A stretch of DNA of 52,854 nt, counting the filler, from Bipalium vagum (lineage: Eukaryota): NCBI GenBank assembly GCA_037834085.1. It is 3 parts of 3 records of this genome, joined end to end, with 100 filler letters (N's around TTAATTAATTAA, not from the genome) between each part and the next. Parts side by side here need not be neighbours in the genome. Positions count along the whole stretch, not along the records: positions 1 to 16,949 come from JBBMKC010084756.1; 2 more parts are not named here. One strand, given 5' to 3'. Each line of letters opens with the position of its first letter. Position 1 is the first letter of the stretch. The notes beneath the pieces are model-generated. The model saw nothing but the letters and a program-made list of their open reading frames with translations. It was not told where the DNA came from and did no database searches. Below are positions 1-12,300 of this stretch, one piece after another. The position numbers were made by a program, and so were the translations under genes.

Positions 1-77
1 CAACCGTTGAGACCTAAGTCATATACACGCTCCGACATTTGAAAATCCTTTTTATCCATCAACTTAGGATCTTAACA
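1..77. repeat. 3' end of an LTR-like interspersed repeat, cut by the window edge
   Basis: caaccgttgagacctaag...cttaggatcttaaca recurs at about 46509-46584; both copies end in TTAACA, an LTR-like CA terminus. Confidence 0.6.
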
Positions 78-659
78 AAGGGTTTGACGCTGGTTTCCAC
101 AAAACGAGTAAGTTTCTGCCTTTCCTAAATAAGAATGTAGGTTTTCTGTTCTCTCTCTATATTTCTTATTATTACCTACATTTAATTTCTTTTTATAAAA
201 ATCTATTTTCTTTTTTAGAATTATATATTATTTTTTTGCACTAATTTCTATTTTTAGTAAATTTTGATTTTGATTTTTTGAAATTTGCCTTTAATATGTT
301 TTTGCTAATATTATGTTGATATTTTAATTAATAATAATATAAAATTTCAGCCAGTAACGAAATACAGCAATAAAAAATTTTGGGATTAAGACCAATCCTT
401 AATTTTATTCGAACATAACCAATAATATAATATCTTGCAAATATAAAATAAAACACTTAAAAGCCCAGACCATAAGTTAATATCGATGTCCATTAGAAGT
501 ACCAGTAAAAAATCGACTTAACTAACCTTTAATAGCTTAGCTCGTAATGGGAATTAATTTTTTGGGACATTGAGAGTTATTAATAATCATTTGATTTTCT
601 TACTAACCTGCCAGAAAAAATTAAAGTTCAATTATATAATTATAATTAATTATGAAACA

Positions 660-1880
660 GGCCTAATTGTGGATAGTTTATCAGTGATTTAAATTATTGG
701 ATCTATTAAATATGACGGTGTATTTGTATATCAGTTAAATATCACGGCGTACTTATGCAATCAAATAAATATTACGGTATGATTCAATAAATTTGACAAA
801 TTCAAATGATAAAAAATCAAAGCAAAAATTAGGTACGACAGAAATTTTTATTTAATCATCTAATTCAATTGAAACAAATTTAAAATCTTGTCAAATTGAT
901 CTAGAAACATAAATTCCTGCAAGAACTCTTCTCGTTTATTTTCATCAATACCACGTGTTTCTTTTATCGAATTGATTTTGTTGTAACTTTCTACATGTTC
1001 ATTGTGTATCCAAGTTATTGATTCAACAAAATTTTATTTATGACAGACTGTATCGTGGTCATAAATTTTTAAGTTTTATATATCTTTGCTTCATCAGTAT
1101 TTACAATACTTCATGGACGTATTACTTTTTCGGTAATTTGAATAGTTTCTTCAGTTTTGTCAGGTATCATAGTTGCAAAGACCATGCTGGATCTATGGTA
1201 CCACGTACACAATGAGATTTGACGTTATTATTCAATTTAGTATGATGTTCGGTCCTCCTAGTTTAACTTGGTTTCTAATATAATAATCACTGATTTTGCA
1301 GATCAAATTTTTCTTAATCTTATATAAACTGGAACAGATATTGCTACTGCTTCACTAATTTTCACAAACGTAAGATTTCTAGACCATAATATAATTGACT
1401 ATATTATTATTTTTAGCGGAATTTTAAAGTTAAGTTTAAAACTCATGATCCATTTCGAAGGGATGTTTATGTTTTGTGCACATCCATTTGATGTACTAAT
1501 ATCAGTACGCATTTGCATTATTGAGGATTTCTGTAAATCTTTTATGGTTTATGATAATATTATGTTGTACAAGTCATTGTATTGTTTCCAAACCAGAAAA
1601 AATCGTATTCGATATCTAATAAATCCATAAATATATTTTAAATTTTTAACTTAAAAAATTTTAAATTGCACTCAGTAAAATATGACGGCGTAAGCTATGA
1701 TTCAATTAAATATAAAGGGTACATACGCGTGCTTTTTAGTAAATCCAAATTATCTTTAAAAATTGCTTTTTTGTTTATTGTAAAATTTTTCATCAATTAT
1801 ACGTTCATGCAACAAATTCATCATTCACTTATAAATTCTTAATATAGGTTATGCAAAACTAAACTGTTTGATCTTAGACC
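660..1880 (-). mobile_element. Degenerate Merlin/IS1016-like (IS1595-family DDE) DNA transposon relic
   Basis: Manual minus-strand translation of about 1628-860 gives frameshifted pieces NQVKLGGPNII, MIPDKTEETI...SIVNTDEAKIY and NFVESITWIHNEHVESYNK...RGIDENKREEFLQEFMF. These match the Merlin pattern LGGPG.IVEIDES / VPDR...L...I.PG..I.SD / FVDP.TG.HTN.IES / YL.EF. Weak TIR-like ends GGCCTAA...AGTTTA (660) and TAAACT...TTAGACC (1880); boundaries approximate. Confidence 0.7.
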
Positions 1881-1987
1881 CAATTTATCAAATTACATTT
1901 AATAAAAAAATCCAGCCAATAAATTTATTTAAAAAACACCCGATCTATAAAGGAAAACGAACTTGATTTCTTTTTGAATTTTCGTCA

Positions 1988-3737
1988 TTAAATCTTCTCG
2001 TCGACCGGTTTTTTGCTTTCGACAGCCGACTGTGTTGTCTGTTGCTCTGGTTTCATAGCCGGAAACAAAAGAACCTCCTTGATGTTATCGGTATTAGTGA
2101 GGAACATCGTCAGTCGATCGATACCCAAGCCCCAGCCTCCAGTAGGCGGTAACCCGTACAGCATGGAATCCAAATAGGTCTCATCGACAAACATGGCCTC
2201 ATCATCACCGGCGGCCTTGTCCTTGGACTGCTGCTCGAACCGCTCCCGCTGCACCATTGGATTGTTGAGTTCTGTGTACGCATTGCAAACCTCTTTTTTT
2301 AACACGAACATCTCAAAGCGCTCCGTCAGTCCGGGAATTGATCGATGCCACTTCGCCAGTGGGCTCATAATTTCGGGATGATTGACGATGAAGGTGGGGT
2401 TGATGCACTGCTCTTCCAAATACTCACCGACCAATTTGTCCAATAACCGCGACACGGTTCTCGGGGCCGGACATTCGACGTTTTTCGAGACACAAATTCG
2501 GTCCAGCGCTTCCCGGGCTTGTTCTGTTGCCAGCTCTGTTGGCTTGGGTAACTCCACGCCCAGTGCTTCCTCCAGTCCCGACATCATGTCAATCCTACGG
2601 AAGGGTGGAGTAAAGTCGACCTCAAGGTCTCGACCGTCTTTGGTATACGTCACCTGGTATCGACCAAACAGCTCCATCACCAATCCCGAAACCATGGATT
2701 CTGTGATCCTGATAAGATCCTCGTAATCCGCGTACGCCATGTAAAACTCGCATGTCGAAAACTCGGGGTTATGGGTCAGATCGACGCTTTCGTTCCGAAA
2801 CTGGCGACCAATCTCGTAGACGCGGTGCATTCCTCCAATGATCAACTGTTTCAAATATAGTTCTGGGGCTATACGCAAGAACATATCCAGATTAAAGTCA
2901 TTGTGGTGTGTCACAAAAGGTTTGGCCGCGGCGCCTCCGGGGATCATGTTCATCATGGGAGTCTCAACCTCCAGGAAACCTAAGTTGTCCAGAAAATGAC
3001 GAATGTATTTAATGATTTTAGTGCGTGTCTGGAATCGATTGATCACTTCTGGGTTCATCATCATATCGAGCCAGCGGTTTCGGTACCGCGTCTCTTGGTC
3101 CTTGAGACCGAAATGCAAGTGTGGCAGCTGTTTGAAGCAAGGCGCCAACAACGTGACAGTGCGTGGAACGATGCTCGTCTCACCCAACTTCGATTTACCC
3201 GGATGACCGATGACACCAATTATGTCGCCACGCTTGACGTATTCGACCATTTCTCTGAACGCTGTCATTGATTCGTAAAAAGACGCGTTGGCCAGAACTT
3301 GGAGCTTTACGTTCTCCGAAATTATGTCCAGAAAGACAAGCTTTGAACCGCTTTCGCGCTTGGCATACACACGTCCGGCTACCGAGACGACTTCTTCCAA
3401 ATGAGTACCGGCCTCAATATCGCTGTACTTTGACACGAATGTTTCCAGGGACATTTCCACGTGGAACTTGTGAACGAATGGCTCCGTGCCGTTTGATTGT
3501 AGTTGTTTGATAGAGTTCATTCGAAATTCCGCGTACTGTTGACTGTCCATCTCGTCTTCGTTAAGAAGTTTCGGTTTTGCTTCTTGGACACCAGCAGATG
3601 CTGCCAACGCTGCAGCTTTTGATTTTGCCTTTTGTTCATTTTTCAGAAGTCTTTTTTGCTCACTGAAAGAAAAATTTGAAACTTAATTTTATCGGTCTTT
3701 TAATTTTTTACTTTTTGCTGATTTTAATTTCCGACAT
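1988..3737 (-). CDS. KARS1: Lysyl-tRNA synthetase, class II, eukaryotic cytosolic type; exons 3737-3712 and 3662-1988
   Basis: OB-fold anticodon domain ([21 protein letters not shown]), motif 1 ([10 protein letters not shown]), [12 protein letters not shown], motif 2 ([26 protein letters not shown]) and motif 3 ([15 protein letters not shown]...[12 protein letters not shown]). The real start is ATG 3737; a 49-nt GT-AG intron (3711-3663) gives MSEIKISKN|[11 protein letters not shown], matching the conserved SKNELKRR motif. AATAAA lies about 60 nt after the stop. Confidence 0.97.
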
Positions 3738-6512
3738 TATTCTTGTATTTGATGAAATCAAGTTTGATAATTTAAATAATTTAAATGATCTGATCATTTA
3801 AACAAATTTCGTTTCATTTAATTCGTTATAAAATAATTAAAATGTAATAATGAAAATCTTAATAAATCTTTTATATGATGTTTAAAAATATTAAATATTT
3901 TAAGTATTTATTTTAATTTATTGTTCTTTTTCTCTTTTTCATAATCAATTTGGGTATATGGCTAAACTTTTGACCCGTTTCTACCGAATTGAAAATTATT
4001 GATTTTTTGTCAACTTGAGGAAAAACTATTTTTCAACTAAGTTGAATTAGTTTGCTATTCTAAGTTCTTCATTTGGTAGAGCAATTTTCAAATAAATCAT
4101 CATTGAATATGGAATTTTTGATTTTATTGGATAGTTGAGATTACTCATGCATTGATAATTCAAGGTTAGAATAATTATCCCTATAATATGTATATATTAG
4201 GTTTATATACATATATATATAAATACACATAAACATTAAACTTAAATACAGATCGACATACAGACATTCTTCATGACTTTATCTCCCATTACAACAATTT
4301 CTGATACTTTTTCTTTAGAGTAATGAGACAGAATTATATTTTACCGAAATTTTAGTGGTGGCCGTATTGGCATTATTTAATGACACTTTCTGTCCATGTA
4401 TTCCATCTGCTACGAAGGATGGTTGAAAATTTTCTTGTGTTAAAACAAACAAAAGCTTCCCATAACTTCTGTTTGTTTTTTTGCATTTATGGACCACTGA
4501 ACTATTTACTTGACTCATTTTGTTTCCCTCAAGGATGACTACACTCTTCCTAATGTAGACTGAGTTTTTGAAAAATTAATCATTGTCATTTTCCCCTATA
4601 TTCACCAGGTTGGTAAAATATAAAACGTTGTAATAATTTTGTATCACAAATGTAAAAGTTGGGACTGTTTTCTTATAAATTTATTTTTTTGCAAGAGCTG
4701 AAATCAACATATGGCCCCTTGTGACTCCATTTCGCAGAATTGTTTCTAGATAACCTAGAAATGTTGGGAAAAAATTGTAGTACGATAAATGCAATTTTAT
4801 TCAAATGATGCTATAAACACCAAAAACTGTATAACCTTTTATGCGCACAACCCAGGAGCATACAATTCCTACGCATTCACATTAGGTGACAGTATGGATG
4901 GGAGTATCCAAACATTTCAATACAAAAATAGGGTATTAAAAATAATAATGATATAATCTTGTGGTAGAAAGAGAATGGTATGTGGAGCTCGCACCCAACC
5001 AGTTATGGTTGATTTATAAATGATAAAATGGCTTTATTATTTTATAAATTGCCACTTATTTTTAAAACATACTTTTCTATGACAATTATCCTCGAAGCAC
5101 TTACAAAATCTAATAAATAACTTTAGATAAATTAAGAAACCTGTATAATTTTTCGGATTTAATTAAATTCATTATTGACCAGCATTTATGAAACTCAAAA
5201 TTATATGGGATAATATCAATATCTTGATACCATTAATTATTTATTAAATTTAGAAGCTTTGTTCGATTCATTCTAAATACTATACCTTTTAACTTTCTGA
5301 AAAACCTCGTTAAACTTGATCTTCAATTAATTGAAAAAAGTTTAAAATTATTTTAATAACCTTATTTAAACAATAGCAAATCTGATTCTATTTATTCTAA
5401 ATATTAACCCAAAAAAAATATGCTTAAAATTCCAATAATGACAGTGCATTAGTTAATTAATCATTGATTTACTGTTCGATTCCGACTATTTATATTGGTT
5501 AAATTATTTAAAATTATTTTAGGACATTTAATTAAAGAAATTTGATTTTTAAAAAGATTTAAATATAAAATAAAAAAGTATGTTAGTGACTGATAAATTA
5601 TTCTATTATTATTATTAAATTATTATTATTATTTGGTAAATTATTATTATTATTAATTGGTAAATTTCACCAAATCGATAAAGATCAATTGAAAATAATT
5701 ATTTCAATAGGTTAATATTAATTTTAACCAAGCCAATTACCGATCTAACTTCAAAATCTTTTTGTTGTGTTCGTTAATGCGCACCACCTCTTAATCGATT
5801 TAACAATAGGTAAATCTAAACATAACACTTTCAATGTTTCAAATAATGTCTGAGATATATCTAAAAATATCAAAAATACCAACCCTGAGTTACAGTCTTT
5901 CGGCTTTCACAATGAATAATTTACAGATTTCTCGGTAGTCTATCGAGATATGTGGGTAGCCACTAGTTCTGAAACTAGCTCGTGATCCGAAAAATTAATG
6001 GGATCAAAACCATAGATACTACTGTCTACTGATATTCAATTATGCCTTTCTACAAAATAACCAGTTTAAACTTTACTGTATCCTGTTTTTGGTTTCTAAA
6101 AATCAATATTAATTTCAATATGCCAATAATATGCACTCAGAGTTGTTATGTATAAATATAATTATTGCCGATTTTTATTACTTCCTTTTCAATTAATTAA
6201 TCAATATTTTAAATATATTACTTAAAATTCAAGTAATAAATGACAGTGCATTAATTAATTAAACATTGATTATTAATAAATTTAATCAAATGCACCATGG
6301 CGAAATTAAGGAACTCAGTTAGGACTCAATGATGCTTGAGAATAAGCTCAGTAATGCGAGAACGACGTCATATAGGGAGTTAGACAAATGGTAATAATGT
6401 TATTTAGATAGGTTTACGTTATACAATAGAACTAACTTATTGTCCTAGTCCTACATAGAATCTTGATGAAAGTAAAAATACCGACCTGACATTAGTTAAA
6501 TTCAGAAACATA

Positions 6513-7651
6513 CACCCTCCAATCAATATTTATTTTGAAAAAAAATTTTTATTAATCAATGTAATCGCCTTCTGCATCGATACATAAATTTGCGCGCAAT
6601 AACAAGTTGTCAAACGACTTCTCTATGTCCTTTTTGGTAATGGTCTTTAGGACATCGGTCACCGTACTTTTGATGGCCTCAGCCGAATCATGAAGCTTTC
6701 CTTTGATCGTCAAATGAAGCTTAGTAGTCGCACGGAGCGAGATGATGTGAATAGGGTGGATGTTGCAAAGCGATAATCTGATTTTTGACCAAAAATTCAG
6801 TCACAACTCTTGTACGATGTGTGATGATGCATTATTCTGGCCGAATACGACGAATTCTTGCCAGCAATCGCTTCATGGCATCTAAGTAAAAGTCCCCTGT
6901 GATTGTTTGGCCGAGTGGAACAAACTCTTTATGGATAATTCCTTTGGAATCGTAAAAGCAAATCAGCATAACCTTCACTTTTGATTTTTCCAAACGAGAT
7001 TTTTTCGGTTTTCTCTCATCCAGCGATACCTAAAACACCACGTCTCGTCACCAGTAACAATCGTTTTCAATACGTTTGGATTTTTCCGAGCACTTTTAAT
7101 GATGTCTTTACTATGATCAATTCGAGCCATTTTTGGTCTTCGATGAGTTTGTGTGGAACAAACCGCGAATTAACCTTACGAAAAAAAAAGTAAGCAGTTA
7201 TTTGAGGAATGCCTAATTCCATTTCAATCAATTTCACCTATGATTTTATATTATTTTTGATAAATTCACGCATTTTTCAATGTTCTCTTCCGATAATCCA
7301 GCTTTTGGACGGCCTGGTCTTTCGTCGTCATTCATGGTCTCCCTACCCAATTCGAATCGCTTGAACCAATCGTATACTTGCGTACGAGATAGACATTCAT
7401 CACCATACGCAGATTGTAGCATTTGATGTGTTTCGGTAAAAGATTTACCAAGTTTAACACAGAAGTCAATTGCAGCTCTTTGTTTGAAATTCATTTTCTA
7501 ACCGCAGTATTAAACAGACTAACAAAAACGTTCCAATTATTCACGTTGTTTATATCATAATGTCATGAAATTTTTATCGGTTGTCAATGAATGACCACGT
7601 TATCTAGGGGTATATTGTTAAAATAAATGGCGGTTGTAGGAATAGAGGGTG
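6513..7651 (-). mobile_element. Near full-length, inactivated mariner transposon
   Basis: TA|CACCCTCCAAT at the left end and ATAGAGGGTG|TA at the right end (TIR plus TA target duplication). Transposase N-terminus MNFKQRAAIDFCVKLGKS...VYDWFKRF...DDERPGRP (7494-7246), then IVTGDETWCF and HPPYSHHLAPCDY downstream, with frameshifts and deletions. Confidence 0.9.
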
Positions 7652-9351
7652 TAGTATGAGCTATTCTCGGTAACTGATAGTCACTTTTCTGCGACAGTTG
7701 TTAGGTATAATTAACCATCACTTTAAAATTATGCCTAATAAATTTTATATAATTTAACTATACTGCAACTAGTTTTTCTGAAAAGTAGTTCCAATGCCTG
7801 AGATTCATAAAATATACCGCTATGTGATCATTGCCTAATGACTTCAACCTGGAGAAGTCATAATTTTGCGATTGCACAAAAGTCAAAGATGGTTAGAACC
7901 ATCAAATAAAAGCAATCTCTATAATTTAGAACTGGTATTGGGTTAAGCGATGGAAGTTAATTCCATTGAAATTCTCAGTATACACCTGTTCAGTTTCTTT
8001 CAAGTGGACATAAATTTCAAAAATGAATTCAACAGGTCTAAAAATATCCTACACCCGCCGTCTTTAATGTTTCAGAACAAATCATTGAAGATAACAGAAG
8101 AACTGGTTCCTTTCAACAAAAGACAGTACATCGTAACGCGAATTATTAAACTTTTATTAAGAATCTTGCCAGAAAAGCAGTTTGGGAGAACATTTAAAGT
8201 AAATAATAGTATGAACAGCACACGGGTATGACTGATTTGGAAAAAATGATCAATAATAAATGCTCAGCTCGCAAATCGAATGCCACGAAAGAGAAATGAC
8301 TGCCAAAGCAAATAGATGCACAATTTGAACTTACTGAAAATTCTTGACAAGCTTAATGTCAACTTATCAAAACAAAAGAAAAATCAATACAGAACCTCAA
8401 ACAAAATAAATGCCGATGACAAAACAAATTGATTTTTTCTAAAAGAACGTCAACAGAAAGAGAAGTCTCTTAGGGATTTTATTTCTTTATAACAAAAATT
8501 AATCACAATTATCAACAAATTGAAAATTTTTTGAAATGTGCCCATTCGATCAAAATGACTAAGTCTCAGTCCAACGAAATAGAACGAACGGTGAGGATCT
8601 CTTCATATGAACAACATACAAGACGAGGTTAAGACGTCCCATAAAGGTTTCCGTTGAAAACATTTTGATAATAAAGAGGGAGTAGCGGAATCTAGCTTTG
8701 CCTTCCAGTTATTATTGTCATGTAAACAAGTCTATTGTGCGTCTCCCGACTATTGAATAATAAAAGATAAATAATTATTATAATAATAATTCAGCACGAA
8801 TTGTACAGCCAAACAAAGACATTTTATTCAAATTCACAGATAAACACAACCATAGTCAATGGTGAGACTGATTGATTTTTATAAAGATATATACATCAGT
8901 ACACATGCCACAATTTCTGTTCATACCAAATCAATTAAACCGAAATTAATTTCTAAAATCACATAATTAAAAAACACAAATCAATCATTTAAAGAAAGGA
9001 AAGAAGACATTTTAATAATAATAATAACAACCTTATCATTATTATTATTACCGATAATAACAAATCGATAAAGAATTGCTGTACCTAAGCAAAAATCACA
9101 GTATTTGTCGTAAATTTTATTTACTACCACTCATATCAAGAGAGTGAATTGAAAACTGTTCAGATCTGTTTTCGTAAAATTGAATATCACTAATGACACC
9201 GTGTAATCGCAGGCAGGACCAAGGAGGGGGTTGGAGATTATTGGTAAATAGTTATCTTCAAATCTAAGAGAAGCTCTGATACTCGAACGCAAAACATAAA
9301 AGCAGTAATAGAATTAGTAGTAATGAGAGATAATCCAAATTTCAATTATAT

Positions 9352-12300
9352 CTAAAGAAGCTCATACTGGCGTAGATGCATACGTTGAATGATATCCTTA
9401 CAATCATTGAATACTCGACGAATGTTTTCCGTGTCCACAGCACACGTGAAATGAGAGTAACAATAGTGACGTCCGTCATTTCCCGTTGTGGTTATTTTCT
9501 GTGGAACAAATAAAAAATCTCGTCAGTCATCGTTTCAATCGATTTTTAAAAAAACAAATCACCATTATTTTAGAAATTCGAAAAAATAAAAAACTTGAAA
9601 GGAAAAATTTACCAAAAATTCATCTCTAAAAAAGTACTTTGCCCGAGTAAATTCAACCTCTTCAATGTGATTGTGACACTGAACTGAAGAAAAAATAAAA
9701 CAAAACTGAAAAAAGAAAATATGAATTTAATAATAAAAAAAACCCAAATAAATAAATAGTATTAGTCTAAATTTAATTTAGACTAATACTATTGTAACAA
9801 CTAACACAATGTGTAATTTCATTTAATCCATAATTTAAAATTATTATTGTTTTAATAATATTGGTTTTAATAATCAAAATCGATAAATAAAACATGAAAT
9901 AAAATTATAAATAACTTTAAATATTTGAAGAAATCAATTCGGTTTTACCATGAATGATAAAAATTTTAAAATTAAGCGATTTCACAGATAAATAGTTTTT
10001 TTTATTGATTTTTTATTCTTTTAACAATTTTATTCAATAATAAATCGAATAAAGTTTCGCAGCAAGTTACAGAAATCTTAAAATAAGATCCAGATTTTTT
10101 AATCTTTTGATACTTAAGTATACGTTTAGAATTGTTTTCAACAATTTTCTGGTCATCCCTCAATGACCAATTGGAATTTCCACAATTCAAAATCTTTTCG
10201 ATTACGTTCAAATGTTTACCAGCAGTAGATCTGTAAATATTCAATGTTGGTGTCAATTTTTAGGCATTACACAGAGATCTTCATCTTCAAACTTCTTTGG
10301 TTGACCTGAAGTTTCTCTGTATTGTACGGTCTTAAATCGGTGAAATTCTTTATGAGTATTAGATTGTAACAATCTTTTTGTAATTTTGAATATATATTGA
10401 TCATCGATAAAATATAGTTTATTTAAAATAGCAATAAAAAATCAATCGATGACCAAACTTCAGTTATTATGTATGGCAATCCCACATCTTTCCAATCAGT
10501 TTTTAAAAATCTTTATTCCACAAATCACGACAGAAAGAAATTGATCAATCCCTTTTTAGGGTCCTTCTCAAAACCGACAAGATTTATTGTTCATTCGGTT
10601 AAAGAACAAGTGTAAAAGAAATCTGTTGGCGTAAAGTATTGGAATATAGAGGTGTTAAAGAATCTTTAAAAAATTTCGTGGACTGCTTCTGTACCTTTCT
10701 GACCTTAAGTAAAATAAAATAGGTGACGAAAACGGTGTTTTTGATTAACTTGACACTGCATATTTCAGAGCTGTCAAATTTAAATAAAATCATACATAAG
10801 ATGATTTTTCGGTTTTTTTCTACAACAGAAAGAGACCTGTTAGATAAATGAATTTGGTATTAAATAAATGAGACCGTAAAACAATACCGCAAAATAATAA
10901 CAAAGATAAATTATGTTGCAACCTAATATCTTCAGATACTAATCCATATTCGATGAAGGCTTGTAACAGTAACCTATAGGTTTCTGCTATTGATTTCCTT
11001 ATATTGAGGTAAAATGTCATTCTTTACCACAAATTATTCTTTTTCTGGTATATAATTCTTGCATCTCCGCCTAAAACAATAACCAATTTTCCCAAATTAA
11101 ATAAATAATCGATATTAATTTTAACAGATACACTCAAGTTTTACCTTTTGGTTAATTTTCCTTGACAAATACACATTTGTATTAAAGGGTAGGGGAAAAG
11201 TTTTAGATGGGCATAAAATCACATTTTTCATAAAAACGAAGATTTAGAACAATTTATTAGGGGGTAATAACAATTTAATTTCTGAACACAGTTTGTTGAC
11301 TGTGACACGAAGTACCTAATCGATAATATTGTTTCACTTCTTAATCAGTTTAGATTTCAAATCAACTAAACATTGATAAGAAGTGGATTAAGCTTTGGCC
11401 TTCAAGATGACCCAAATCTGATAGTCCGTCGAGTTTATGTCAGGAGAGATAGCGAGCCATTCACTAGGAGAAATGAAATCAAACTTTTCAGATTTGAACA
11501 ATTCGATAATCTGTCGTGCCCAATGAGCCGATGCTGAGTGCTGTTGGAACACTCAATTTCGTCTGAAGTAATGTGTTCGGGTCAAAGTGGACAGGCATCT
11601 TATAAAAAATCTCTTCCTTAACACAAGGCTGATCGATTTTGACACAAAGAATTTTGTCAGCGAAGGTAATACTTTTCCTAACAATCAATTTTTTTTGGAT
11701 TAGCTGATTTTTCTTTTGGGGATTTTTGAATCATGCTATGTGTGACACCAGGAAGTCACAGTTATTTTTTCATCTCATCTTGAACCGCTTGAAATATAGT
11801 TGACTTGAGTGACAAATCTTTTTAGTGACAATGATTTTAACTGACTTCTCAACAATTTTAATGTTTCAATCCATTTTGCAAATTGATATTCTCGGGTTAC
11901 TCTTAATTCTTTCATGGACGAGTTTTGTGTTGTTTTTTAACGTAATGAATGTGGTCTACCGCTTCTTGGATTGTCTAAAAGGTTCTTTGAGATTTTATAG
12001 CGCTTCAGAATGTTTGAAACAGTTGATTGAGGAAAATTTCAAGTATTTTGTGAACTCCATAACTGCTTTTCAACCTCTGTCCTCCTATAGAACAAGGAAT
12101 GATTTTTTAATGATCCATTGCAACCTAAAACAACAAGATATTTTTCTATAAATACAGATAGAACTGGTAAAAAAATCTATAAAATAGATAGAGTATTGAT
12201 TAAACACATTAATTTAACCAAACCATCCAAAACATTTTCTGCACTTAATTAATCTATTAGGAAAAGGTTGAAACTATTTCCCACACCTCATATGTATGAA

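Noticed and set aside
707-790. ~30-bp periodic repeats as a CRISPR array
   Set aside because: Eukaryotic context, degenerate repeats, spacers of only ~14 nt that resemble each other, and no cas genes; better explained as transposon subterminal repeats.
2193-3510. Plus-strand ORFs overlapping LysRS
   Set aside because: Antisense shadows of a GC-rich coding exon with no recognisable motifs.
3605-3607. TTG start of LysRS given by the ORF track
   Set aside because: The frame continues upstream to a splice acceptor; the true ATG is at 3737.
7950-8800. Possible retroelement remnant (short ORFs and a purine tract near 8675)
   Set aside because: No diagnostic RT, RNase H or integrase motif could be read.
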